Shown piece by piece: positions 35,197 through 45,698 of a stretch of DNA of 64,000 bases; positions within the stretch are counted from its first letter, which is position 1, and each line of letters opens with the position of its first letter. This DNA comes from an uncultured Planctomycetaceae bacterium (GTDB lineage: Bacteria; Planctomycetota; Planctomycetia; Isosphaerales; Isosphaeraceae). Made by a program: the position numbers and the translations under genes. The DNA is taken from assembly GCA_963833985.1 (NCBI GenBank), contig CAWIAD010000001.1, positions 960,001 to 1,024,000 of the forward strand, in the 5' to 3' direction. A model generated the notes under the pieces. The model was not told the origin of the DNA. It made no database searches and saw only the letters and a program-made list of their open reading frames with translations.

Positions 35197-36816
35197 ATGG
35201 TCCAGGCCGATTGGCGCAGGGCAAGAGCCTGCTGGATTCTGGCTTTGCTCGCGGCACTTTCGTGGACGGCACGGTTGCCGGGCGGCGAGGGCGAGCAGGC
35301 TGCGCCGCCGATCCTTCCCGGCGCGGTCACGGAGCCTCCGGACTGGATCGGCAAGGACGCGCCGATCGATGTCGCCGCGTTCTTCGCCGCGCCGCCGACC
35401 GATCAGAACGCCGCAGTGCTTTATCTCGATGCGCTCTTCGAGTTCAGCCCCAGGCTTGCGGTCTGCTTTCACGCGGGACCCGAGCGGGAGAAACGCCTCC
35501 GTGCCGTCCAGGAGCGCTGGCAGAAACTGAGCCCCATGCTCCAGGCGCTGCGAAAAGACCCGACGAGCGTGACCGGGGAGATGATCGATGCCGTGCTCGC
35601 CCCGTTCGATGAGGGATTCCGCAAGCTCGCCCAGGCGCAGGAGCCACCGCGCTGCGTCTTCCAGACGGGCCTGGGCGTCACCGCGCTCTACCCCCACCTG
35701 GATGGGATCTCTTCGTTTCGCACTGTTGCCGTCCTGCGGATTCGCCGCGAGCGGGAACAGGGAAACCTGAACCGCTGCCTGCACGAGCTGGGACGATTGC
35801 TGCGCGTGGGTCGTGACATTCTGCCTCGGGGCGGACAGTACGCCATACTGGCCTGGACCGCGGTGGTCCGCCCCGCCGTCGAGGAGGTGGTCGTTCCCTT
35901 GCTCGCGCATCCCGATTTCACGGTCGCCCATTGCGACCGCCTGCTGGCCCTGCTGGCCGAGCATGAGAGCCAGTGCCGCGACGTCGATGCCGGGCTCCTC
36001 CGCGCGGAGCACCTGTTCAGCCGGGCCACCCTGCGCGACCTGGTCCGGCACCAGGACCAGACCCGCGCGGTGCTCAAAGCTCGGGGATGGGACCTCAAGT
36101 CCTCGCTCACGGCCGCGGTCGCCGAGCCGCAGATGACCCTCCTTGCCGGAAATGGGCCGTTTCCGCAGCCGACCGCACTCGACCAGCTCAAGAACCTGGC
36201 CGCCCGGCTCACCTCGCTGCACCAGACGCAGGACCTCGACGCGCGGATGGCACGGATGACCCCCGAGGAGCTCGACGGCCAGGAGAGAAAGATCGATGCC
36301 TTCTACCGCCGCGAGCTCGAGCAGGCGGCGCTCTTCTCCAACGCACGGCTCCGGCGAACCGCGAAGCCCGATCCTGCCATCGATGCGCCTGACCTTTTTA
36401 CGCGCGTGACCAGAGGAATCATCGATGCACCCTCGCTGCGCAACAGCATGGAGATCATCGCCTGCGACAAGGCCATGCTCCGCGACGCCCTGGCGCTTGT
36501 GGCCATCCGACACTGGCAGTTGCGGCACGCCGATGCCTTGCCTTCCTCACTGGCGGAAGCCTGCCGCGATGCGGGCATGCCGGCCGTGCCCGCTGATCCC
36601 TACGACGGCAAGCCGCTCCGTATGACCTTGATCAATGGCCAGACCGTGGTCTACTGCCTGGGGAAGGACGGCCGGGACGATCGCGGGCAAAGAGCCGCCC
36701 TGCGCGCGCACAACGACGGCGACGTCCTGCTGCGCATGCCCGCGGTCGCCGTGCCGGTGCAGCCCGCCGTGCCGGGGCCCGCGGCGCAAGGCGACACGGC
36801 CGCTCACGGGAAGTAG
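35197..36816 (+). CDS. Exported hypothetical protein, planctomycete type, with C-terminal GspG-like 'DPY.GKP...Y..G.DG.DD.G' segment
   Basis: GGGGAG RBS before ATG 35197; signal-like N-terminus; mostly helical. The upstream part of ORF 34279 is an out-of-frame overlap with the nuclease gene. Confidence 0.7.
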   Translation: MVQADWRRARACWILALLAALSWTARLPGGEGEQAAPPILPGAVTEPPDWIGKDAPIDVAAFFAAPPTDQNAAVLYLDALFEFSPRLAVCFHAGPEREKRLRAVQERWQKLSPMLQALRKDPTSVTGEMIDAVLAPFDEGFRKLAQAQEPPRCVFQTGLGVTALYPHLDGISSFRTVAVLRIRREREQGNLNRCLHELGRLLRVGRDILPRGGQYAILAWTAVVRPAVEEVVVPLLAHPDFTVAHCDRLLALLAEHESQCRDVDAGLLRAEHLFSRATLRDLVRHQDQTRAVLKARGWDLKSSLTAAVAEPQMTLLAGNGPFPQPTALDQLKNLAARLTSLHQTQDLDARMARMTPEELDGQERKIDAFYRRELEQAALFSNARLRRTAKPDPAIDAPDLFTRVTRGIIDAPSLRNSMEIIACDKAMLRDALALVAIRHWQLRHADALPSSLAEACRDAGMPAVPADPYDGKPLRMTLINGQTVVYCLGKDGRDDRGQRAALRAHNDGDVLLRMPAVAVPVQPAVPGPAAQGDTAAHGK

Positions 36817-37480
36817 TGCGGAACCTCCTCGATCACATCATCAGGGCGGGCAAGCCGTCCCCTGGCGTTCGGCCAGGGGACGCCGCCTGCGCATGACGCT
36901 CCTCCGTCACATCGAATGAATTCAGAGATGGAGAGATTTCGAGTTTTTTCCTTGACTCAGCCCCACGCTTGCCCGATAACCCCAGTTGCAAGTGTAAGAG
37001 GCGGGGCATGGCGTCAGTTTTGTGAGTCACGTAATCATCGGTCCGGATGCAATTCTTCCACGGGCCTCCTGCTCATGACCTTGTCGTACCCTGCGTGGCT
37101 TCATGACCGTCACGCTCGGACGTCCTGGTTTCCGGATGATCAGGGCGGGTCTCGAAGGTAAGTCTGCATCGGGAGCTTGCACCAAGGCGCACGCGGAATT
37201 GATGGCCCGGCACTTCCAGGATGGGTCGTCACGTCATGGCCGTGATCCTGCTGCTGATGGTGCGCTGGCACGCTTCCGGTGAGCCATTACTTTCAAGTTC
37301 GCGTTTCTTGCGGCTTCGATTATTACGTCACAAATCAGGCTGCGATCTTGACCTGAACACAGCATGACTCTTGCCGCTCGCTTGCCTGGAGTTCCTGAGT
37401 TTTTCCCTTTGATTCGCAGGTACTTCACGCCAGCCGAGGGTTCCTTGCATCTTCATCGTTTTCCTCGAGGAGTGACAAGT

Positions 37481-38632
37481 ATGATTCGGAGAGTTCGGGG
37501 TTTTACCCTGATCGAGCTGCTCGTGGTGATTGCTATCATCGCCGTTCTTATCTCGCTGCTACTGCCGGCTGTTCAGTCCGCGCGTGAAGCAGCCCGGCGC
37601 GCGCAGTGCACCAACAACCTCAAGCAGGTCGGTCTGGCGATGCACAACTACGTGAGCGCCAACGATGCGTTGCCGCCGGTGTGCGTGGACCAGCAGTGGA
37701 ACAGCGCAAACACCGCGCTGCCGCAGCCGCACCAGAACTGGTCGCAGCATGCACGGCTCTTGCCGTACATGGAGCAGGTGGCCGTTTACAATTCGATCAA
37801 CTGGAATTTCGGTTCGCGTTGGAGCGACGGCGATACCGTCTACACGGTGTCGACAGCGCTGAACCCCACCAACGACAGCGGCAACGACAGCATGCCCCAG
37901 GCGACCGTGATCGTCACCCAGATCAGCTCGTTCCTGTGCCCGTCGGACACCAATCGCGGCTCGTCGTCGCAGTTTGCCCCCGGGGGCATCTCCAAGTTCT
38001 GCGGCAGCTTCAGCTACCCCGCAAACATCGGCCTGAATCGGCGGATCACCGGCAACACGCTGGGCATGACCCCGACCGATTCCAGCTGGAAGCTGAACGG
38101 CCCGAATTACGTGGCCAGTAGCTGGGATAACGCCGTGAACGGGACCACCAGCCTGACCACTTTCCAGGACGGCACCAGCAACACGGCCATCTTCAGCGAG
38201 TGGATCAACGGTACCGCGACCGGCAACCCGCCGCCCAAGCAGGGTCTGGCGATCTGTTACAATTTCGTCCCGTCGACGGCCTCCAACGGCTACCCATCGG
38301 ACCTTCAGTTCAAGCAGGTCTGCGACCAGACGCCGCTCCTGTCTGCAAACTACAACTGGGGCTGGAAGGGCGAATGGTGGGTCTCTGGCGGCACTTGCAT
38401 CTACTCGCACACCGAGACCCCGAACCGCACTTCCTGCGTCTATAGCGATATCGGACAGGATAGCCGCGGAACCATCACCGCCGTCTCCGCTAGCTCAAAC
38501 CATCCGGGCGGCGTGAACGTGCTGTTCATGGACGGCTCGGTGCGGTTCATCAAGAGCTCGGTGAGCTACCAGGCCTGGTACGCCATCGCCACTCCGAATT
38601 ACGGTGAAGTCGTCAGCGCCGACTCGTACTGA
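37481..38632 (+). CDS. DUF1559 prepilin-type N-terminal cleavage/methylation protein with H-X9-DG C-terminal motif
   Basis: [79 protein letters not shown]. Confidence 0.95.
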   Translation: MIRRVRGFTLIELLVVIAIIAVLISLLLPAVQSAREAARRAQCTNNLKQVGLAMHNYVSANDALPPVCVDQQWNSANTALPQPHQNWSQHARLLPYMEQVAVYNSINWNFGSRWSDGDTVYTVSTALNPTNDSGNDSMPQATVIVTQISSFLCPSDTNRGSSSQFAPGGISKFCGSFSYPANIGLNRRITGNTLGMTPTDSSWKLNGPNYVASSWDNAVNGTTSLTTFQDGTSNTAIFSEWINGTATGNPPPKQGLAICYNFVPSTASNGYPSDLQFKQVCDQTPLLSANYNWGWKGEWWVSGGTCIYSHTETPNRTSCVYSDIGQDSRGTITAVSASSNHPGGVNVLFMDGSVRFIKSSVSYQAWYAIATPNYGEVVSADSY

Positions 38633-38656
38633 GCCGGCCCCATTTGCTCCGCCGAG

Positions 38657-38702
38657 GCAGCCGCCGGTCCCGGTTCTCCGGGTGTCGGCGGCTGCTTTTT
38701 TT
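38657..38702 (+). terminator. Rho-independent terminator
   Basis: GCAGCCGCCG...CGGCGGCTGC stem followed by T7. Confidence 0.8.
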
Positions 38703-38959
38703 GTCCGCCGAAGACGCGATGTGTCCAGGAAGCCCGACTGCGAGCGCTTGCTTGAGCGCGAATTGAAGCGTAAATTGCGCCTCCTGTCGCTTTTCAGACT
38801 CGCCATGTCGCAGTTTGTGAACAGGGATTGTTCCCCTGCGCACGCACTGCCAAGATGTGGCCATCCGTATAGAATTGACGACAGCACAGTAGCCGTGCCT
38901 GACCTGGCACGTGGAAATGTTCCTCTCAGGGCGCGAGCGACGGGCGAAGGAGTGCTTGG

Positions 38960-40096
38960 ATGGCGTACCCCATGAGTGGACTTCGGGTGGCTTGGTCGGC
39001 TCTATTGATTTTGCTGGCTACACGCGCGGTGGAGGCCGGTCCGCTGGACCCGAATGCTTTCGCGCTTTCCGGATTGGGGGTGCTGCCGGGTCTCGCGGGC
39101 ACGTACACGATCAACACCACGGGCATACCCACCATCACGGGTCCGGGCGGCACGCTCATTTTCGGACAGATCTACACCGACGCACCGGGACACCAGCTTG
39201 CCGTCTTCGATTTCAGCTCGATCCAGATTGGAGCGAACCAGGTCTTCGATGCCTCGGGCAACCTGCCGCTGGTCCTGCTGTCGCGGGGAGACGCAACCAT
39301 CGCGGGCACGGTGAACGCGAGCGCTCAGAGCTTTCAGGCCGGTCCCGGCGGTGGCTCTGCCGCCACGCCCGGTCCGGGAGCGGGGAATTACATCTTCGCG
39401 GGAGGAAGCGGAGGCGGCTTCGGCGGGGCAGGGGGATCGAGCGGAGTTTATCAACCCGTGGGCTTTGGTCCCGGAAGCCCGCCATTGCCTCCACCAATCC
39501 CCTCGCTCCCTGGAGGAAACGCCTATGGCGACCTTACGAAGGTCCTTCAAGGCGGAAGCGCCGGCGGCGGTGGCGCGGCCGCGGGGGGCGGTGCCGTCGA
39601 GATCGGCGCTGTGGGGACGCTCGACTTCTTGAACGGCGGTCGCATTCTGGCCAACGGTGGGGGCATCGCTAACTTCCTGGGTGGAGGAAGCGGGGGCGGC
39701 ATTTTCCTGCACGCCGGCATCCTCGATCTGGATGGCTTGCTGCAGGCCAACGGCGGAGAAGGTGGAGTGGGCGGTATCATCGGGGGCCCCGGCGGAGGGG
39801 CTGGCGGGGGCGGGGGCGGGGGCGGGGGCGGTCGAATCCTGCTGGAGTACGGTTCCACCCTCGCAGACTCCAGCGCCGGCATTCAGGCCTTCGGCGGTCG
39901 GGGAGGCGGTACCGAAGGGCTCTACAATAACGGCGCCGGGATCACGTCCGGCTACAACGGACTGCTCACCGTCGGGACGTTCGGCGGCCCATTCACCACG
40001 ACCGTGTTGCCTGAACCCCCGTCCTACCTTCTCGGCACAATCGCGGCCGCCGTCCTGCTGTGCGCGAAACGGATCGTTTATCGCAAGCGAAGGTAG
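38960..40096 (+). CDS. Glycine-rich PEP-CTERM-type surface protein
   Basis: Signal peptide; Gly-rich repeats (GGGSGGGI); C-terminal LPEP, TM segment and RKRR tail. Confidence 0.8.
   Translation: MAYPMSGLRVAWSALLILLATRAVEAGPLDPNAFALSGLGVLPGLAGTYTINTTGIPTITGPGGTLIFGQIYTDAPGHQLAVFDFSSIQIGANQVFDASGNLPLVLLSRGDATIAGTVNASAQSFQAGPGGGSAATPGPGAGNYIFAGGSGGGFGGAGGSSGVYQPVGFGPGSPPLPPPIPSLPGGNAYGDLTKVLQGGSAGGGGAAAGGGAVEIGAVGTLDFLNGGRILANGGGIANFLGGGSGGGIFLHAGILDLDGLLQANGGEGGVGGIIGGPGGGAGGGGGGGGGGRILLEYGSTLADSSAGIQAFGGRGGGTEGLYNNGAGITSGYNGLLTVGTFGGPFTTTVLPEPPSYLLGTIAAAVLLCAKRIVYRKRR
39806..39829 (+). repeat. (GGGGGC)x4 tandem repeat encoding poly-Gly
   Basis: Four perfect hexamer copies seen directly. Confidence 0.9.
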
Positions 40097-40135
40097 ATGC
40101 CCCTCACGCGTCGGACACGAGCCGCGACCGTTTCA

Positions 40136-40819
40136 TCAATACCCGAGGTGATAAACCACCTCGTGCGTTTCGGGGACAATGACGTCTGTGGAGAGGTAGC
40201 TGTAGACGTAGGCATACCCCGGCCCGCCGTCGATGTGATTTTGACCGCCAAACGAGAAGACCAGCGTCGCTCCCGTGCCGCCAGTCAGCTGATTGTGGCC
40301 CGCAAACGCGATCATCGTGTCGTAGCCGCTTCCGCCGTTCAGGATGTTCGTCCCCGTACCGCACGCCTCAAGGACCTCGGTGCCCGACCCCGCGTTGAGG
40401 ATCTCGGTTCCGCTCCCCGTGGCGATCAGGTAATCGAGGCTCGACCCGCCGTTGAGCACGTTGTTACCCGATCCGCCGTAAAGGTAACCAGTCAGCGCGG
40501 TGTTGTTGCTGAAGACGTTGCTGCCGCTTCCTCCCTGGTAAAAGACGGAGGAAACCTGGGAGAGAGGAAATGCCACGGTGTCGCTGCCCTGAGCATTGGC
40601 CATCTTCACAACGACCGACCCACTTTGAACGCTCACCGAACCGGTGTCGCCCAGGTTGGTCCCGAGGATCCGGATCATCCCGCTGGAGAGTGTGATGCTT
40701 GCCCCTGAACCGGTCAGCATCGACCTGGTCTCCAGCCTCTCAACGCTGGTGGGAAACTCACGACGGCCGCGAGCTGTCTCGCGGCAAGTGCGACGATAGT
40801 CCGTTCGAAGCCATGACAT
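40136..40819 (-). CDS. Planctomycete extracellular protein with RTX/hemolysin-type Ca-binding-like repeats
   Basis: AGGAGA RBS before ATG 40819; VERLETRSML motif; GGSGNNVLNGG / GGSGYD nonapeptide-like repeats. Confidence 0.75.
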   Translation of the reverse strand: MSWLRTDYRRTCRETARGRREFPTSVERLETRSMLTGSGASITLSSGMIRILGTNLGDTGSVSVQSGSVVVKMANAQGSDTVAFPLSQVSSVFYQGGSGSNVFSNNTALTGYLYGGSGNNVLNGGSSLDYLIATGSGTEILNAGSGTEVLEACGTGTNILNGGSGYDTMIAFAGHNQLTGGTGATLVFSFGGQNHIDGGPGYAYVYSYLSTDVIVPETHEVVYHLGY

Positions 40820-41061
40820 CGCTCTCTCCTCCTTCATTGATTCCGGCCATTGGAATCTGGCAACTATCGGCGTCGTCACGGGCGCCTTCACCCCTGGACG
40901 CGGCCCGACAACGCTCAGCGCGTGGCCCGCCGAGCCGTCCGATGCAAGCGTAGAACACAACCGGCGGCAAGTGGCCGGAACCGCGGATACGAGACAGGCA
41001 ACCACGAGAAGGGAAAAAAGCGCGTCGTGCCTCCCCGGTCGTTTTTGCTGTCCTGCGTGGC

Positions 41062-44000
41062 TCACCTCTCCCGAAGCAGCCGGATCGGCTTCGATCCCGC
41101 AGACGTGGGCGTGAGCTCGAGCGTGTCAGGATCCTGTAAACGGAACCGGATCTTCAGTTTGCTCTTGCGGCCGTCACGATCCGTGAGCTCGAGCTGCAAG
41201 ATGGCGTCCCCTTGCCTGGGGAAGTCCCAGCTGCCCTGGAACACTGTGCCATGAGCGTCGGCCCCGGTGTGGAAGACGTCGCCGGTTGTGGGATTCATTC
41301 CCACCAGGGAGACCGACTCGTTGGAGGGGTCCTTGCCAGCCACTTCCAGCACCTGACCCTTGATCTTCCAGGCGAAAGTTGTCTTGTATGCCGCTCCCTT
41401 CGAGCCGGCGTCGACCCAGGTTCCCAGGATCCGGTCCCAGCCGGTCTGGTGGAGCACGGCCAGGAGGTTCGGATGCGTCAAGCTACGGGCGCTCTTTTCA
41501 TCCTCGGCAACGTGGAAGATGAAATCGTTGCTGAACAGGCCGTCCGGGTTCTGGACCTGCAGGAAATGCATGCCGACGGCCGGCAAGCGCGTCAGCTCGA
41601 CCGTGACGGTCTCGCCCTCACGGCGGATCGTCCCGGCAGCGCGATGACCGTCCACGATCACGTTCGCTCCATCCTGAATGTGCCGGCCACTCAGGGTCAT
41701 CGCCGTCGTCTTGCCGTAGAGCACCGGAAACTCCTGCCGCCCGCGTTGCTGCTCGATGGGACCGAGTGTCCAGAGTGCGGGCTGGGGGTTTTCCACGTCG
41801 ACCTTCAAGCCCAGCCGGGCGGTGAACGTGCCCAGGAACCTTCCGTCGGCTGCCAGTGCGACGAGCGCCCTTCTGGTGAACGGCACGGGGTCGCCGTCTC
41901 GTCTCACGTAGGCACCGCCCTGGACGGACGGGTCGTACTGGAAGGCCACCGCTGTCGCTTTCCCCGGCTCCAGGAACACGCCCTCGCTCTGGAGCACGAC
42001 ACCGCCATCCCGGGCGGACCGCTCCAGGGCATCGAGCAGGTCAGCGGTGAGCGCAGAGCCGGCGGCCTGGCGGTTCAGAGTCACCTGCCGGGCGAATGCA
42101 CCCGAAAAGCCGGTGCTGCCCTCCAGGACCATGTTCCAGGCCGGGTCGAAGCGGCGCCGGCCCGCCCACGAGAATTGCCAGACGCTCCGCTCCGGCGTCC
42201 CCTGCTCGGCCACCCTGCGGAAGAAGTCGAAGTCGATGATGTTCAACCGGCCCTGCGGCAAAATGAGCCAACGATCATAGGCCCCGCGCCAGGTCGGCGC
42301 ATCCATCCCGGTGCCCGGCGTATTGGTGCTGGTCCAGAAGGGCATGCGATGGCAGTCGCCGCAGACATTGGGCTTCGTCTTCGTGGGGTCGTTATCGCCG
42401 TCCACGTGGAAGAGCCGGAACCCCCGTACGGCTGCGCTCGACATCACGTTGGTGTATGGACGCCGTTGCGCCGGGGGATAGGGAACGCCGAGCAGGAACT
42501 TCGCCATGTCGTCGCGCTCCGCCGCGGTGAGCTTTCCCGGTTTCCCCTCGTCATTAACCGTCCCGTCACCCACGGTGCTCATGGTACCGGCCAGGGCGCC
42601 GTCGACGAGGTTCCGCGCACTGCTTTCCGGCACGCTCACGCTGCTGTTGGGCGGCGAGCTGCCGTAGACGTTCGCGCTGTTGTTTCCCCCGTAGGGATCA
42701 CCCGGAATACCGTCCCAGTGGTACGGTTCAGTATCTCTCAGACCGCGCACCGGCATGGTGGACCGGGGCATGATCTGGTTGCCCCCGGTGACGATCGGAG
42801 TTTTCAAGACCCAGAGCAGCTGATCGGTGTGCCCGTCGGGATGGCAGCTCGCACAGGAGAACGTGCCGGTGGTGGACGCGGCTGCACTCTCGAAGGCGAT
42901 GCGTCCGCGCTTCACGGCTGGGTGCGTGGGGTCCTCCAGCGAAATCGTTTCCAGGACGCGCAGGCGCGCCGGTTCGGCAAGGTCAACAAGCGAAACGGTA
43001 TTGCTGCCCGCGCTCAGCACCCAGGCGTGGGAAAGCTTGCCGCGCTCGGCCGATTCCAGGGCGATCCCGCGCGGCACGGCTCCGACCTCGACACGCCCGA
43101 GCACGGCACCGGTCGCGGCATCAACGGTGAAGACCCTGTTCGACCCGGCCGCCGTCACAACCAGGGTCGCATCGTCATCGCTCACCTGGATTGCAAACGG
43201 CGTCGCCAGCGCCATCCCCCGGGCAGGATGGTTTGGCGGCACCGGCTCGAGGTCGAAGAACTTCGGAGACTCCGCGGATGCCCCATGGAAATCGACTCTC
43301 GTGATCCGGTTCAGGAAGGCGCGGTTCTCCAGCTCAGCCAGGCCATGCTTCTTCGTGCCTGCACGGCCGTTGGCATCATTGCGCGCATCGGTCTGAGTGA
43401 TGTAAACGCGTCCTTTCGTATCCACGGCCAGTCCGTATAGCAGCGTCCCCAGGCCGTCGACCACGGTGACCAGCTTGTCCGTCGCGGTGTCGAAAACAAA
43501 GAGGTCGCGGTCGGGAACCCGCGGATGCTTGACGATGTCCACGACCGCGCCCAGCGACAGCACGTTGTTATTCGCCACGGAATGTTTGTAGGCGTCGAAG
43601 GTGACCAGGTTGCCATCGATGCGCCCGGTTCCGCCCGAGAGCTGCGTCTGGTTGTGGGACTCGAAGGGCACCACGAAGAGCCGGCCAGCGCACACTGCGA
43701 TGGCGCGCGGGTCCTGGGCGGGGATCGTCAGCCGGTTGGTGATCTGGCGGGTGGCGACGTCCACGACCGCGATCGTATTTTCGGAAGAAAGGGCGACATA
43801 AGCCTTGGCATTGCTGGCGAAGGCGATGCCGACCGGCTCATCGAACCGGGTGGCCCGGGTGTCCGGATCGAAGTCCTGGATCGTCGCAAGCACCTGGAAC
43901 CGGGTCGGGCTGGCGGGATCGGCGTCGATGACGCTGACAGAGTCGGACACGTGATTGGAAACCCAGACCTCCTTGCCGTCCGGCCGGACCGCGATACTGG

Positions 44001-44283
44001 CCGGGTTGATACCGACGTTCACCCGCGTGATGACAGCCCTGGTGGTGGCGTCGATCACGTCGACGGTGTCGGCGGGGGTATTCGCCGCGTAAACAAGTCC
44101 TCCGCTCACGGCGATGGGCGCGGCGTGCGGGCTCATGAACTGTGGGTGGCCGACGGCCGTCGGCGGCCGCGGAGTAGCGGGCGCCGGGGTCCGGCTTGCC
44201 GGAACCCCCGGGGCCACGATCAGGCCGCCGTAGAGAATCGCCGACAGCCCCAGTGCGACACACCCCAGAAAGAGACGAGCCAT
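41062..44283 (-). CDS. Secreted YVTN/YncE beta-propeller fused to a dihaem cytochrome c region
   Basis: Signal peptide; repeats YAANT..DTVDVID...V.VG..P; two CxxCH motifs (CASCH, CGDCH); YHWDG. Confidence 0.8.
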   Translation of the reverse strand: MARLFLGCVALGLSAILYGGLIVAPGVPASRTPAPATPRPPTAVGHPQFMSPHAAPIAVSGGLVYAANTPADTVDVIDATTRAVITRVNVGINPASIAVRPDGKEVWVSNHVSDSVSVIDADPASPTRFQVLATIQDFDPDTRATRFDEPVGIAFASNAKAYVALSSENTIAVVDVATRQITNRLTIPAQDPRAIAVCAGRLFVVPFESHNQTQLSGGTGRIDGNLVTFDAYKHSVANNNVLSLGAVVDIVKHPRVPDRDLFVFDTATDKLVTVVDGLGTLLYGLAVDTKGRVYITQTDARNDANGRAGTKKHGLAELENRAFLNRITRVDFHGASAESPKFFDLEPVPPNHPARGMALATPFAIQVSDDDATLVVTAAGSNRVFTVDAATGAVLGRVEVGAVPRGIALESAERGKLSHAWVLSAGSNTVSLVDLAEPARLRVLETISLEDPTHPAVKRGRIAFESAAASTTGTFSCASCHPDGHTDQLLWVLKTPIVTGGNQIMPRSTMPVRGLRDTEPYHWDGIPGDPYGGNNSANVYGSSPPNSSVSVPESSARNLVDGALAGTMSTVGDGTVNDEGKPGKLTAAERDDMAKFLLGVPYPPAQRRPYTNVMSSAAVRGFRLFHVDGDNDPTKTKPNVCGDCHRMPFWTSTNTPGTGMDAPTWRGAYDRWLILPQGRLNIIDFDFFRRVAEQGTPERSVWQFSWAGRRRFDPAWNMVLEGSTGFSGAFARQVTLNRQAAGSALTADLLDALERSARDGGVVLQSEGVFLEPGKATAVAFQYDPSVQGGAYVRRDGDPVPFTRRALVALAADGRFLGTFTARLGLKVDVENPQPALWTLGPIEQQRGRQEFPVLYGKTTAMTLSGRHIQDGANVIVDGHRAAGTIRREGETVTVELTRLPAVGMHFLQVQNPDGLFSNDFIFHVAEDEKSARSLTHPNLLAVLHQTGWDRILGTWVDAGSKGAAYKTTFAWKIKGQVLEVAGKDPSNESVSLVGMNPTTGDVFHTGADAHGTVFQGSWDFPRQGDAILQLELTDRDGRKSKLKIRFRLQDPDTLELTPTSAGSKPIRLLRER

Positions 44284-44585
44284 CGTGGAGTCCTTGTGGT
44301 TACCTGTCTTGTAGCCGCGTGTGTAGCCGCGTTCAGAACGGCTCCGCGCCGACTATTGTCGCGCACTGCCCGGGTTGTGACAGCCGGGTACCCCTGGCTT
44401 ACATCGAAAAATGCCGGTAAGGTCACCGGGACACAGCCGCACGCGGAGAAGGCGTCGATAGCGTCTGGATTTGCAGTACGGACCGGAGGTATCGTCCAGG
44501 CAGGCGGCGGTAGGTCCAGGGCCGTTTTCCGTCGCAGGGGAGCTTCGCGATGCACAACAGGCTACCGGAAGTGGATACGCGACGG

Positions 44586-45641
44586 ATGCACCGCCGGGGT
44601 TTCCTGGAGGCCGGACTGACCGCCGGACTGGCCGCCGGTGCCCTCCGGCGCGGTGGCGCCGCCGGTGCCGATGAGCCGCAGCCCGTCATGGCCATGCAGA
44701 CACCGGCGCTCCCGTGCCGGAGCTTCGGCAGGCAAGGAATGCGGCTGCCGATCCTCGCATTCGGAGGGTCGGCCATGGTGACCCGGTGGCAATCGACGTA
44801 CGGCCCGCAGCTCTCATTCGATCGTCGCGTGGCGATGGTGCGCCATGCCTTCAACGCGGGAGTCCGCTACTTCGACACCTCGCCCAACTACACCGAGAGC
44901 GAGTCGATTATTGGCGCGGCGCTGCACGACGTTCGGGGCCGGATCTTCCTGGCGACGAAGGTTGGCGTACCTCCCAGCGACAACACGATCCTCGTACGTA
45001 GCCAGGTGCGCGAGAGCGTCGAGAACTCGCTCAAGCGGCTCCAGACCGACGCGGTGGACTGCATTCAGGTGCACGGTCCGGTCTTCGAGTACTGCGGATA
45101 CCAGCGCGCCCGGGAGCTTTACGAGGAGCTCGTCAAGCTTCGTGAGGAGAAGCTCTGCCGCCGGATCGGGCTGACGGGACACAACGCCTTCGACACGATG
45201 TTCCGGCTCATCGACACGGGCCAGTTCGACCAGCTTCTGCTCGCCTATGGGTACTTCCCCAAGGGCATGGACATGATCCTCTCGCCGGCGAGCCTCGCCT
45301 GGCGCGAGCGCTGCCTGGACCGGGCGCGGGAACTGAGCATGGGCGTCGTGGCGATGAAGGTGATGGGCTCGTTCCTCTTTGGACACCGGGCGCAGGCCAT
45401 CGTGCCGGGATTCCCGCCCGAGAAGCTCGCGCGGCTCCGCGCGGCCGCGCTCAAGTGGGTCCTGCACGACGACCGCATCACGCTGGCTGTGGTCGGAGTT
45501 TCGCGGCCTGAGGACATCGACGAGAACGTCGCAACGCTGGCCGGCGATTTCACGCTGCGCGACGATGACCGCAAGATTCTCTCCGAGTTCTCCACCCAGG
45601 CGTTCCAGAGCCCCATCATCCGGCAAATGAAGGTGGTGTGA
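44586..45641 (+). CDS. Aldo/keto reductase with twin-arginine leader
   Basis: RRGFL leader; GVRYFDTSPNY..SE..IG, FLATK, SLKRLQTD.VD..QVH, IGLTGH and AMKV motifs. Confidence 0.88.
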   Translation: MHRRGFLEAGLTAGLAAGALRRGGAAGADEPQPVMAMQTPALPCRSFGRQGMRLPILAFGGSAMVTRWQSTYGPQLSFDRRVAMVRHAFNAGVRYFDTSPNYTESESIIGAALHDVRGRIFLATKVGVPPSDNTILVRSQVRESVENSLKRLQTDAVDCIQVHGPVFEYCGYQRARELYEELVKLREEKLCRRIGLTGHNAFDTMFRLIDTGQFDQLLLAYGYFPKGMDMILSPASLAWRERCLDRARELSMGVVAMKVMGSFLFGHRAQAIVPGFPPEKLARLRAAALKWVLHDDRITLAVVGVSRPEDIDENVATLAGDFTLRDDDRKILSEFSTQAFQSPIIRQMKVV

Positions 45642-45698
45642 ACCCGGAGTATCCCCGGGCTCCATGACAGCCCTTTGCCACGACGGGAGGACGACCCC

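Noticed and set aside
44310..44332. Short direct repeat TGTAGCCGCGT x2 in the divergent intergenic region
   Set aside because: Only two copies; could be a binding site but is not distinguishable from chance.
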